Shown: positions 1 to 8,403, counted from the first letter of the stretch. The stretch: 64,000 bases of DNA from IMGVR_UViG_3300042317_001568:141011-205010, one strand, 5' to 3'. Numbers and translations are program-made. Notes: generated by a model not told the origin, from the letters alone.

Positions 1-89
1 ATATGGATTTATTTGATATCATTCCAGAAATCGGCGTTCCGGAAAATGATCCTGAAACAACGCCGGTTGCGGAATGATTTTAGGAGAAT

Positions 90-221
90 ATGCATTCTCC
101 CTCTTTTTACCTATCGGTGGCTATGTTTACTTTAATCAGCCTGTCATGGCACATTGGGTTGTTCAGTCTTGTCGCAATGTCGTTTTTCATGGTGTACATC
201 AGCAAACGTTACGGTCGATGA
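90..221 (+). CDS. small putative membrane protein (43 aa, not in ORF track)
   Basis: AGGAG SD at 82-86, ATG 90, TGA 219-221; MHSPSFYLSVAMFTLISLSWHIGLFSLVAMSFFMVYISKRYGR is hydrophobic. Confidence 0.45.
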   Translation: MHSPSFYLSVAMFTLISLSWHIGLFSLVAMSFFMVYISKRYGR

Positions 222-403
222 TAGGTATGTCTTTACTCTGTATTCTGAGTAATCAGATACGTAGTACGGTCAAACTGGACACTGCGATCTTCCGCGTGTC
301 GCTTGACACGATTCCCGAGCCGAATATGATAGGCGATTCTTCGACATGGTCGCAGCATAGCGGACGCGACCAGCGCTGACAACTCGTTTTGCAAGGAAGC
401 ATC

Positions 404-916
404 ATGACGCAAAAAGATTCTTCTCACGTCGCCGAAAAAGATGCGGCGCTCTTACGTCACCGCCCACGCCGCAATGAGCGGTGCGCTTGCGGTAGCGGCA
501 AAAAATTTAAACATTGCCACGGCACCACGCCAAACAACATCAATTGGCGTAAGCCCGCCTACATCGACGGCGGCGAGTCTCCGGTGCGTTGGGTTATTGT
601 TAATCGATCCGGCACTAGTTTCTTTTCGACAAAAGACGACAAGCTTATGGTGTTTAAGTCTCGTGCGGACGCCAACGCCATTGCCATGTTGGATTTTTTT
701 GCGGATCAAGAACCCGGCGACATTAACGTTGGGGGCGTAGGGCCGACAAAATGGCAGCATTTGCAAGATACGCTGCCGTACATTGAAGTTGAAAACGCGG
801 ATCAGGGTTTTGTGTTTATTCAAGAACGCATCGACTTTGCCCGCGACACGTATCTAAACGCTGCCGGCGCTGACGCCGACATTCCTCCCACCGAAACGGA
901 TTCGCAGGAGAACTAA
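404..916 (+). CDS. SEC-C motif protein
   Basis: RNERCACGSGKKFKHCHG is a SEC-C zinc motif; ATG 404 follows AAGGAAG. Confidence 0.8.
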   Translation: MTQKDSSHVAEKDAALLRHRPRRNERCACGSGKKFKHCHGTTPNNINWRKPAYIDGGESPVRWVIVNRSGTSFFSTKDDKLMVFKSRADANAIAMLDFFADQEPGDINVGGVGPTKWQHLQDTLPYIEVENADQGFVFIQERIDFARDTYLNAAGADADIPPTETDSQEN

Positions 917-921
917 TTCGC

Positions 922-1278
922 ATGGCATCGCGGCCCACAGCACGCGCTACGGCGCATGGTTGGAACGACTCGTGGTGGGATTACGTCAAGCACGGGCAGC
1001 CAATGGACCCCGCAAAAAAAGCGGAGTTAGCGGCTAAAAAGAAAGCGCGTCAGCAGGAAACAGCAAACAAGGGTTTGCGGTTTATTATTTTGAAAAGCTC
1101 GCGGTATGTAGACGAAACCGATCTCTCGGTTACTGACGCGTACACCGGACCTACTTGTCGCCGCGCTAAAGTTGAGCCGGGGCAGGTCTATACGTCGTTT
1201 GAGACGGCGCAAGCAGACGCTGACAAACTGTCAAAATTCAACTCTGCAGGATTTGAAGTGCACCCTCTTTCATCATGA
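922..1278 (+). CDS. hypothetical protein
   Basis: 118-aa ORF packed in the plus-strand operon. Confidence 0.6.
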   Translation: MASRPTARATAHGWNDSWWDYVKHGQPMDPAKKAELAAKKKARQQETANKGLRFIILKSSRYVDETDLSVTDAYTGPTCRRAKVEPGQVYTSFETAQADADKLSKFNSAGFEVHPLSS

Positions 1279-1296
1279 TCTATAGCGACTACACGG

Positions 1297-2406
1297 ATGT
1301 TTTACGCGGCAATCGAATCTCGCCTCCGCATGGCGAAAATGCGGCAAAATCGTATTGCCCGCGTGATGTCCCGGGCGCGACACATATTCGCGCTGGTGAC
1401 GACATTCGGGTTAGCGCGCAATCGTGAGAAACGCGCGGTACGCCGACGATGGCGTAAGTTTCAAGGCTGGTGGTTGCATACGCTAGAGCAGCTTTGCACT
1501 CACGGATTATGGTCACCGGTTTCAGACCAGTGTTTTTCTAATCTCACTGCAAACGAAGCCAACCGATTTGATTTCGCGTTTGGCTTGTGCACGCGGTGTC
1601 TGCCTTTATGTGTGAAGTGGGTAGAGTCTCGCGCGTCTTTTGTGCGGCGTCTTCGTCGCAAAATAAACGCGCAGATTATTCCCTGCCGTAAGACGCATTT
1701 CTGTCCATCTTGTTTTGCGTCTTTGTCGGCCAACCAGTATCGAAAATTTAAAGAGGTCGTAAACGATCTTATTCAGAGTCACGCCGTCGTTAGCGTTACG
1801 GCGCACGTCTCTGCTGTGTTTATTCCAGCGACCACACTGTACGATAAAAATCTGCAGCAGGACGAGTATTTACGGGAAAACATTGGAGCTCTTCGGCAGG
1901 CTATAACGCACGCAAAAAATTTGCGGCAAAAGCTGCACAAGCGGTTTCAGCGCAACACGCTTGGGTCGTTCTGGCGGATCATCGCTGTTCCAATGCCAGA
2001 CGGCTGGCGTTTGGAAACTCGATGGGTGGTGCTGCATCGAAGCGATACGCCCCCACCGATTGAAGACACTGACGACAGTCACGTACGGTTTCACAAAACT
2101 GTGGCTTTAGAGTACTCAACGTGGGCCGAGCGGTTTTCTAGCGGCGACCTTGATGACACGCTGGCCGACGTGCTGGCTCGATTTGCTAAATATCCAGTAT
2201 CGCTCATTCGCGGCGATGTAGACCTTATTGCTGCGTGGTTAAACGCTAGCGCAAGAACAAAAGTTTTGCTCGGAACTGGTCTTTTAAAACAAGCCGGCCC
2301 AAGCCTTATTGGTCACTACAAAAAACGCGACAAGCGCACACGCCGAGCTCGCGCGTACAGGAGAAGTCGTCTTGCCGGGCAAACGACGCAAACGCGCAAC
2401 ACGTAA
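1297..2406 (+). CDS. hypothetical protein with CxxxxxCPxC zinc motif (possibly degenerate Rep-like)
   Basis: 369 aa; IIPCRKTHFCPSCF; basic N- and C-termini. Confidence 0.6.
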   Translation: MFYAAIESRLRMAKMRQNRIARVMSRARHIFALVTTFGLARNREKRAVRRRWRKFQGWWLHTLEQLCTHGLWSPVSDQCFSNLTANEANRFDFAFGLCTRCLPLCVKWVESRASFVRRLRRKINAQIIPCRKTHFCPSCFASLSANQYRKFKEVVNDLIQSHAVVSVTAHVSAVFIPATTLYDKNLQQDEYLRENIGALRQAITHAKNLRQKLHKRFQRNTLGSFWRIIAVPMPDGWRLETRWVVLHRSDTPPPIEDTDDSHVRFHKTVALEYSTWAERFSSGDLDDTLADVLARFAKYPVSLIRGDVDLIAAWLNASARTKVLLGTGLLKQAGPSLIGHYKKRDKRTRRARAYRRSRLAGQTTQTRNT

Positions 2407-3508
2407 TGGTGTTGCTCCGGGTATTGCGTTTGACCCTGCGCCTACCACGCAGCGGTTACGCTACTTGTGTGAGTTCTTGTTTGCCGGCGACCCCTATGCC
2501 ATGGCGCAGGCGCTTGGCGTTTGTTATAGGCACTTCTATACGGTTTACGACGGCCGGTGTAAATTGTCGATTCGCATGGCGGGGCAAGTTATTGCCGCGC
2601 TGAACGTTCGGGCCGAGTGGCTGCTAAACGGAACAGGGCCAATGCTAGCGACAGACATTTCTGAAATTCGATTTCATCTTGCGCCGACTATACGTAGTTC
2701 GTTTCCGTTAAAATCGGCTGATCGGTTTATCCGGCCGGAAACTGTTTGCGCGGCGCCGTCTGATAATGCTGCGCCAGAAGCTGTGGGTGATTACTCGGAA
2801 GCCGCCACCGCGCTTTTTAAGGCGCGTGTGCAGAATGCTCCGGTACTCCTGTTGGTCGGCGGCACCGCGGCACCAGCTGGCCCGGCAATGGCTTCTTTTA
2901 TCCGTAGTGGTTATGCCGGCGCTGCTGGCTTTACCCTGCAGGCGGCAAAACAAGATGCCTCGCCGGCACTAGCCGCAGGTGAATTAGACTTAAACAACAT
3001 AGCTAGGTTTGCTGCCGCCGTTGGCCGAGGATACGGGGAGGCTATTGCGTCAAAGATTCATAGTCCCCGTTCTCCGTGGCCCAGAGAGCACAGCGCCTTG
3101 GCTGCGGCATACGACAACTCGCTGCCGATAGCTGTACAGGTTGAGCTTGGTGAAATACCCGAGCATTTTGGCCCAGTGCACGCCGGCGCAGAGTTAGGCG
3201 CCGCTGTTGGTTCTGCAGCGTATGTGGACCAGCTTGTGTTGGCTGACTATTTGCAAAAAATTGACTGCCATGACGCGGCAGTCATTATTTGCGTTGGAGA
3301 AGCACATCGTTGGCTGACTGCCTTATCGCGGCAGTCAACCTTACTTCGGAAAATCATCTTGGCAGACGCTGACACATCGGCGGCGCAGTGTTTTTCGCAA
3401 AAAGCGGCGCAGGTGATCTACATTGACAATAGTGCTTGTGTGTTTTTTCGTGAATTGCTTGTGGCGGTTCAGGCGGCTCAAGCCGCCGGTGAAATGACTG
3501 GAGAATAG
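2309..3508 (+). CDS. Cro/CI-type HTH fused to a deoxyhypusine-synthase-like domain (start uncertain)
   Basis: LNVRAEWLLNGTGPM repressor-like signature; GRGYGEAIA...HSALAAAYDNSLPIAVQVELG...GAAVGSAAYVD resembles bacterial DHS-like proteins. Confidence 0.55.
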   Translation: MVTTKNATSAHAELARTGEVVLPGKRRKRATRNGVAPGIAFDPAPTTQRLRYLCEFLFAGDPYAMAQALGVCYRHFYTVYDGRCKLSIRMAGQVIAALNVRAEWLLNGTGPMLATDISEIRFHLAPTIRSSFPLKSADRFIRPETVCAAPSDNAAPEAVGDYSEAATALFKARVQNAPVLLLVGGTAAPAGPAMASFIRSGYAGAAGFTLQAAKQDASPALAAGELDLNNIARFAAAVGRGYGEAIASKIHSPRSPWPREHSALAAAYDNSLPIAVQVELGEIPEHFGPVHAGAELGAAVGSAAYVDQLVLADYLQKIDCHDAAVIICVGEAHRWLTALSRQSTLLRKIILADADTSAAQCFSQKAAQVIYIDNSACVFFRELLVAVQAAQAAGEMTGE

Positions 3509-3509
3509 A

Positions 3510-4724
3510 GTGGCAGATAGTGTTTTTGAACAAGTCGATCAGTTTGTGCTGCACTCTTCCGCGCCGACAGTTCCGAAAGAGGACGTATTGTCGGCGCAAG
3601 AGCAGCTCACCTTTGTGACGTCGCTTATTGACTTCTGGAAGCAGGTACCTAAAGCCTGTCGCGCTCAGTTGCAACGCGTGTCTGAAAGTATTTCGCAGCT
3701 TGATTTCCCACTAATTGGTGGAGATTTTTACTCGGCATTGTTTTCTAGCGAGCGGATTGCCAGCGCAGAGAAGAAATACGGTTTGTCGCAGGAAGAGGTT
3801 TTTGCTGCGTTGCTGTACGCGCTGCAGCTGTTTTTGATGCGGTCTGACCCAAAGACGGCGGTTATCGATGACTTGTGGAAACTGGTTGTAATTGCGCTGG
3901 AGAAAGCGGCCAACAGAAACAAGCCGACCAACGAGCCCGAGCTGTACAACGAGCGCATGGTGTCTCGGGTATTTAAACACCGCAAACAAACCATTGCGTC
4001 GTTGGGCGCCGTCAACGCCGAGTATGTGTATTTTGAAACCCCGGTAGCCGACGACAAACATGGGCCAGAGCTCCGCGGACTGGCATTTATTTCTCGCACT
4101 GATTTGCCAAAAGCAAAGCAGCCTGCTTTCGCCAATAAGCTTTTTGTGTTGCTCGAAACCGGCGAGCACATTATTGTCGAGACAAATGCTTCAAACCTAA
4201 GCCGCCACGCCGATCCCGAAGCCTACGAGAAAATTCCGGCGAGCTTGTTGCTGCAGGCGGTAATTGCGGCGCCACTGATGGTTCGCATGGGCGTTATTAC
4301 TCGGTCTCAGGCTGATACTATCGCAGAAACGTTTGGTGAGTTTATTGCGCCTGTAACAGCAGAGATTATTGCTGACACGGCGTCCATGCTGCCGATTGAA
4401 CAGGTGTTTGTGCGGGCGCACGCCAACACGGCTTATGCCGGGCACGTTACTGGACCCAACGGAGCCGAGGTGCGGTTTCCCGCACTAAGCATCGACGACA
4501 CCAATCAGCTCGCTTTTGTGTTGCGCGCGCGGATTACGCCGAGCAGCTATTACTTGGTATCTAGTCTGGTGGCGGGCGGAGACGACTCTCCCGATGTACC
4601 CATCATGAAAAATGACTACCCAAGACAGCTGTCTCCATACGGCGTATACTTATTTCCAACGTCGCAGGATTTGTTCGTGTTGTCGGCTTTTCCGCACAAC
4701 TTTATTCTTGGCCCCGAGGGATAG
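3510..4724 (+). CDS. hypothetical protein
   Basis: 404-aa ORF starting 1 nt after the upstream stop. Confidence 0.7.
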   Translation: MADSVFEQVDQFVLHSSAPTVPKEDVLSAQEQLTFVTSLIDFWKQVPKACRAQLQRVSESISQLDFPLIGGDFYSALFSSERIASAEKKYGLSQEEVFAALLYALQLFLMRSDPKTAVIDDLWKLVVIALEKAANRNKPTNEPELYNERMVSRVFKHRKQTIASLGAVNAEYVYFETPVADDKHGPELRGLAFISRTDLPKAKQPAFANKLFVLLETGEHIIVETNASNLSRHADPEAYEKIPASLLLQAVIAAPLMVRMGVITRSQADTIAETFGEFIAPVTAEIIADTASMLPIEQVFVRAHANTAYAGHVTGPNGAEVRFPALSIDDTNQLAFVLRARITPSSYYLVSSLVAGGDDSPDVPIMKNDYPRQLSPYGVYLFPTSQDLFVLSAFPHNFILGPEG

Positions 4725-4729
4725 GCGGC

Positions 4730-5344
4730 ATGTATTTGTTCATGGACACGGAAACCGGCGGGCTAACGCCAGACCGTAGTTTGCTTACGGCGTCGTTTAT
4801 TCCGGTGGACAAGAATTTCGGCATTATGCCGCTTACGTATTTCGATCCGCTAATGCAGCGGACAGAGCACGCTGAGTGCGGCCTGTATCTGGCTATTAAG
4901 CCGGAGACGTACGTCATCGACCAAGAGGCGTTAGCCGTTAACAAAATCAACATCGCCGAGCACGAGCGCGACGCGGTACCGGTCGACATGGCTCGCCGGC
5001 TGATCAACAGTTTTGTAGAAGCCGCGCGCAAAGAATCCGGCAAAAAGTATCTGGTCCCCGCCGGTCACAATGTGGCGTTTGACGTGCAGTTTTTGAAAGC
5101 GCAAATCTTCACTGAAGAAGAGTGGGACCGGTTGTTCACGTACCCGTTTCTGGACACAGCGTCTGCTGCGCGGTTCCTCAACGCAGCTGGGGCTATTGAC
5201 GGCGGGTACTCGCTGACCACGATGCGGTCCAAGTTTTTGAGCGCCGATTTTGGAGTTGCGCACAACGCAGAAGTGGATAATCTGACGACTATCGCGTTGG
5301 CTCAAAAGCTCACTGAATTCGTTCAACGGCGCGCCAGCGCCTAA
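4730..5344 (+). CDS. DEDDh 3'-5' exonuclease (DnaQ-like)
   Basis: ExoI MDTETGGL, ExoII GHNVAFD, ExoIII HNAEVD. Confidence 0.9.
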   Translation: MYLFMDTETGGLTPDRSLLTASFIPVDKNFGIMPLTYFDPLMQRTEHAECGLYLAIKPETYVIDQEALAVNKINIAEHERDAVPVDMARRLINSFVEAARKESGKKYLVPAGHNVAFDVQFLKAQIFTEEEWDRLFTYPFLDTASAARFLNAAGAIDGGYSLTTMRSKFLSADFGVAHNAEVDNLTTIALAQKLTEFVQRRASA

Positions 5345-5448
5345 ATCGCGTCAAACTTCCGCGATCTGGCACCCTAGTCATGAGTGGGTCATAACCGTGA
5401 AGCGTACAGCAAAGAAAGGTGATACTCCAATTTGTGTGTGCGAAGCCG

Positions 5449-5457
5449 TGGTATAAA
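5449..5457 (+). promoter_or_regulatory. extended -10 element upstream of tRNA-Gln
   Basis: TG-n-TATAAA, 20 nt before the tRNA start. Confidence 0.4.
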
Positions 5458-5477
5458 AGGACGTTACCGCGCGAAGC

Positions 5478-5548
5478 TGCCCGATGGTGTAACGGTAGCA
5501 CAAGAGATTTTGGCTCTCTTAGTCTAGGTTCGAATCCTAGTCGGGCAT
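5478..5548 (+). tRNA. trnQ: tRNA-Gln(UUG), CCA not encoded
   Basis: acceptor TGCCCGA/TCGGGCA; D arm GGTGTAACGGTAGCAC; anticodon stem AGAGA/TCTCT with loop TTTTGGC; T arm CTAGG-TTCGAAT-CCTAG. Confidence 0.95.
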
Positions 5549-5549
5549 T
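5525..5549 (+). repeat. 25-bp direct repeat, copy 1 (tRNA 3' end)
   Basis: TAGGTTCGAATCCTAGTCGGGCATT, identical to 6108-6132. Confidence 0.95.
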
Positions 5550-5561
5550 CGGAGGTTTTAA

Positions 5562-6110
5562 ATGAGTACTAGCGTAAATCTTTGGGATCAGCTAGACGTA
5601 CCGCACAAAGGTTGGATTTTTTTAGACGTTATAGATACGGAAACAGCAGAAGCAACCTGCGAGATGTGCGGAAACGAGCGTATTCGTTATGTACATATGA
5701 TGGCGCACGCAGATTACGCCGCACGACTCAGTGTTGGTTGTGTGTGCGCCGAAAAAATGGCAGATGATTATGTTAACCCGCGTCGTCGCGAACGTAAATT
5801 GCGCAATGCTGCTGCAAAACGCATTCGCGACAAAAAACGTGAACTTGAAAATAAAGAAACGCGGCGACAACAAATACTTGACGCGGTGTGGCAAGAATCA
5901 AAAAACGGCAATCCGTATTTGCGCATAAATCTATACTACAGCGACAGTAGCCACATCTGGACGCGAAAAATTCACGCTGTAGTAGTCAAATCAAAATTTA
6001 CAGCTTCTTGGGCATTCTCTGTCGATGGCGTGTTTTCATCGTATAAGCACGCCAGCATAAACGCGGCGATGGCGGCGGCAAAACAAGAAATTTTGCGCAA
6101 ATTTGTTTAG
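5562..6110 (+). CDS. zinc-finger-like hypothetical protein inside a tRNA-flanked cassette
   Basis: CEMCG...H...H...CVC motif; GGAGG SD; its stop codon TAG is the first 3 nt of repeat copy 2. Confidence 0.8.
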   Translation: MSTSVNLWDQLDVPHKGWIFLDVIDTETAEATCEMCGNERIRYVHMMAHADYAARLSVGCVCAEKMADDYVNPRRRERKLRNAAAKRIRDKKRELENKETRRQQILDAVWQESKNGNPYLRINLYYSDSSHIWTRKIHAVVVKSKFTASWAFSVDGVFSSYKHASINAAMAAAKQEILRKFV

Positions 6111-6132
6111 GTTCGAATCCTAGTCGGGCATT
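6108..6132 (+). repeat. 25-bp direct repeat, copy 2 (att-like)
   Basis: identical to 5525-5549. Confidence 0.95.
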
Positions 6133-6159
6133 GGTTTAATTTTACTTTTGGAGAACAAC

Positions 6160-6480
6160 ATGATTAAAAACAATTTGGTGTACCAGTCTTATCGTTCGGC
6201 TAAGCAAAAGACAGAGCGGCGTTTAGTTGGATTGCCGCTGCGTAAGCATTTAATCAAAAACATTTGTCGCGTCATGAAGGAGTATGCTCCGCTTGTTGGC
6301 GTAACTCAAAAAGAAATTGCTGCCGACATTAAGGCTATTCAGGCGTGGAAACTTGATGCGGTGACAGATTGGTACTTCCTATACGACGCGCTTGGGTCTT
6401 CTTCTCGCCTTGATATTGAACTGCTTGATTTTTGTTCTTATGCGCGGTCGCGCTGGTGGTACAACCAACTTTCGCGGTAG
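6160..6480 (+). CDS. hypothetical protein
   Basis: GGAG SD then ATG 6160. Confidence 0.65.
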   Translation: MIKNNLVYQSYRSAKQKTERRLVGLPLRKHLIKNICRVMKEYAPLVGVTQKEIAADIKAIQAWKLDAVTDWYFLYDALGSSSRLDIELLDFCSYARSRWWYNQLSR

Positions 6481-6496
6481 AGTATTTTTTGGTTTT

Positions 6497-6638
6497 TGAT
6501 CGGCTCCTCAGTGACAGCGACTAAGGCGGCGCTTTGGTGCGCCGGTACCCAACAGCCACGTGCTTGACCTAACCCGACGGGGTGAACTACACAGCATGCC
6601 GGTGAGGTACATAGCGGGTGCAATTCCCGCCCGATCAA
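6497..6638 (+). ncRNA. tRNA-like structured RNA with enlarged core (~142 nt)
   Basis: acceptor-like stem TGATCGG(6497-6503)/CCGATCA(6631-6637) directly after T-arm-like GCGGG-TGCAATT-CCCGC (6614-6630); intergenic. Confidence 0.6.
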
Positions 6639-6689
6639 TTCGGAGGCTGACGTTAGAGTTACAAAAATTTGTTTAATAAGGACGCAGTA

Positions 6690-6998
6690 ATGACATTCAA
6701 CGAACTGGAAGAGAAGGTACTGCAGTGGGCGATAGACCGAAAGATCATCCCCAACAGCAATCCGACAGCGCAACTCATGAAGACGATGTCGGAGTTGGGC
6801 GAGTTAGCCGACGCCACGCTCAAGGACAATCGACACGGCATTGTGGACGGCGTTGGCGACGTGCTGGTGACACTGATTCTGTACTGCAAATTACAAGAAA
6901 TCAGCGTAGCGGCATGTTTAGGCCGTGCCTACGATGAGATTAAAGATAGAAAAGGCACTTTAACACCAGAAGGTATTTTTGTGAAGGAGACAGCATGA
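6690..6998 (+). CDS. MazG-like nucleotide pyrophosphohydrolase
   Basis: QLMKTMSELGELADA...DGVGDVLVTL matches the ExxE...D..D NTP-PPase pattern. Confidence 0.85.
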   Translation: MTFNELEEKVLQWAIDRKIIPNSNPTAQLMKTMSELGELADATLKDNRHGIVDGVGDVLVTLILYCKLQEISVAACLGRAYDEIKDRKGTLTPEGIFVKETA

Positions 6999-7273
6999 TC
7001 GATCCAAATAAAGTAATAAATGACTGCGAGCAAGCCGATCATATTATGCAGGATCAACGGGCCGAAATTGATCGGCTCAAGGAAGCCATCCGCCGCCTCG
7101 CTGACCAAGACGCCACGCTCTCGGTGTGCAACGGCAACGTGATTGTGACGATGGACGCCACTCTCACCGACGAGGAGCGGGAGGCGGTGGAGTGGGCGGA
7201 AGAACTCGCTGGAAACTGCGAAGAGTTTGATCGCGTGAACACGCTGCGCAACCTACTAGAGAGAACGAAGTGA
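6995..7273 (+). CDS. hypothetical protein with TLTDEEREA module
   Basis: ATGA overlap with upstream gene; C-terminal TLTDEEREAV...TLRNLLER. Confidence 0.75.
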   Translation: MIDPNKVINDCEQADHIMQDQRAEIDRLKEAIRRLADQDATLSVCNGNVIVTMDATLTDEEREAVEWAEELAGNCEEFDRVNTLRNLLERTK

Positions 7274-7533
7274 CTAAAACACAATGTCAAGTTCCGTCGC
7301 AAATAAACGTGACGCTCACAGACGAGCAGCGAGAGTCATTGCGGGCGTCCTTGTCAGGCGGTGCAGGAGGCCCGCTGGTTCATCCACCGCAGCCCGCGCT
7401 CACCGCCGATGAGTGGGAAGCCGTCTGGCTGGCAATCGGAATGTTCGCGGAAGGGCCGGAGCATATCAAGCGACATGAGGAAATGGCCGACACGCTGCGC
7501 AACCTGCTGGAGCGGCTAGGAGGTGCAAAGTGA
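7270..7533 (+). CDS. hypothetical protein with TLTDEEREA module
   Basis: GTGA overlap; TLTDEQRES and LTADEWEAV...TLRNLLERL. Confidence 0.7.
   Translation: MTKTQCQVPSQINVTLTDEQRESLRASLSGGAGGPLVHPPQPALTADEWEAVWLAIGMFAEGPEHIKRHEEMADTLRNLLERLGGAK
7283..7308 (+). repeat. imperfect 26-bp direct repeat, copy 1
   Basis: AATGTCAAGTTCCGTCGCAAATAAAC; 22/26 identical to 9250-9275. Confidence 0.6.
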
Positions 7534-7838
7534 GCGACACAAACAAGCCTGTGGCATGGGCAGTGACGCCGAACGGCCGCGACGAGGAGATTGACTGCGA
7601 GTTCATCTACCCTGACGCCGCGACTGCCGGAGACGTTGCGCTGGGTTGCGATGGCGTGGTGTTGCCGCTCTTTCGTCCGAAGCCACCGCCTGCCACCACG
7701 CTCACCGACGAGGAGCGGGAGGCGTTGAATCGCGGAATCGACGCGTTGTACGGCGTGGAGGACGTATCGGATGGTGCGTGCCGCAGAGACGATGCCGCAG
7801 CGAGGACGCTCCTCGCGTTACTGGAACGACTGAAGTGA
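7530..7838 (+). CDS. hypothetical protein with KPVAW and TLTDEEREA modules
   Basis: GTGA overlap; stop codon overlaps attC-like site 1. Confidence 0.75.
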   Translation: MSDTNKPVAWAVTPNGRDEEIDCEFIYPDAATAGDVALGCDGVVLPLFRPKPPPATTLTDEEREALNRGIDALYGVEDVSDGACRRDDAAARTLLALLERLK

Positions 7839-7882
7839 GAACGATGCGATCTGCGGCGCAGTCCCCTCAATCGCGTGGTTCT
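7838..7882 (-). mobile_element. attC-like site 1 (degenerate or hybrid)
   Basis: AGAAC-GATGC-GATCTGC...CCTCAATC-GCGTG-GTTCT; ends and GCGAT/ATCGC pair, inner arms mismatch. Confidence 0.55.
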
Positions 7883-7896
7883 GGAGACACACACAC

Positions 7897-8064
7897 ATGA
7901 CAATCACTCAAATAATCGGTGCTGCACTGATCGCATCCCCCTTTGCGGGCGTTGCGGTGTTGTGCCACATGCACGGCGGCTGGCCCGCCGTTGCTGTAGT
8001 GTTTGGGGCGAGCGGAGCCGTTGTTGCTGTTATCGCACTTGGGTGCCGACTTCTGGTTCCATAA
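7897..8064 (+). CDS. 55-aa hydrophobic cassette protein (not in ORF track)
   Basis: GGAG SD; MTITQIIGAALIASPFAGVAVLCHMHGGWPAVAVVFGASGAVVAVIALGCRLLVP; stop TAA lies in ATAAC of site 2. Confidence 0.7.
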   Translation: MTITQIIGAALIASPFAGVAVLCHMHGGWPAVAVVFGASGAVVAVIALGCRLLVP

Positions 8065-8105
8065 CGCTTGCGATCTGCGGCTCGTCCGCAGCATCGCGTG
8101 GTTCT
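8061..8105 (-). mobile_element. attC-like site 2
   Basis: ATAAC-GCTTGC-GATCTGC-GGCTCGTCC-GCAGCATC-GCGTG-GTTCT; hairpin with one extrahelical base. Confidence 0.8.
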
Positions 8106-8127
8106 CTCAGGGAGTCTGGTGCGATCA

Positions 8128-8316
8128 ATGAGATGGTTCATCTGCAAAAACCACAGCGGCGAGAAGTTTGTGAAACGCTGGTACGCGATCTGGCCGGTGA
8201 CGGTCAAGGGTGAGACGCGATGGTTGGAGTGGGTCGCCGTGGAATACCGGAGGGTGTTCTACGTCGGCAAGGATCACATTCAGCACGGGGAGCAGGCGGT
8301 TCGGTTTGTGAGTTGA
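8128..8316 (+). CDS. 62-aa Trp-rich cassette protein
   Basis: GGGAG SD; MRWFICKNHSGEKFVKRWYAIWPV...; ends 1 nt before site 3. Confidence 0.7.
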   Translation: MRWFICKNHSGEKFVKRWYAIWPVTVKGETRWLEWVAVEYRRVFYVGKDHIQHGEQAVRFVS

Positions 8317-8317
8317 G

Positions 8318-8403
8318 AGAACACGCAGGATCAGGAGCGGCGAACAATGAGCGATGACAACACGCAGGACGGTGCCGAGCCGTCTCCTGCATCCGCTGGT
8401 TAT
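8318..8403 (-). mobile_element. attC-like site 3
   Basis: AGAAC-ACGCAG-GATCAGG...CCTGCATC-CGCTG-GTTAT; the start codon of the next ORF lies in its loop. Confidence 0.8.

Noticed and set aside
74-379. 101-aa ORF from the track
   Set aside because: It overlaps a better-supported SD-led 43-aa ORF (90-221); its 3' part from ATG 227 may be real but is unsupported.
7908-8035. Possible additional long attC (ATAAT...GTTAT)
   Set aside because: The arms do not pair and the region is the coding sequence of the 55-aa protein.
7875-8213. 112-aa ORF from the track spanning the attC-like sites
   Set aside because: Better explained by the 55-aa (7897) and 62-aa (8128) ORFs, which have SD sequences and stop at the sites.
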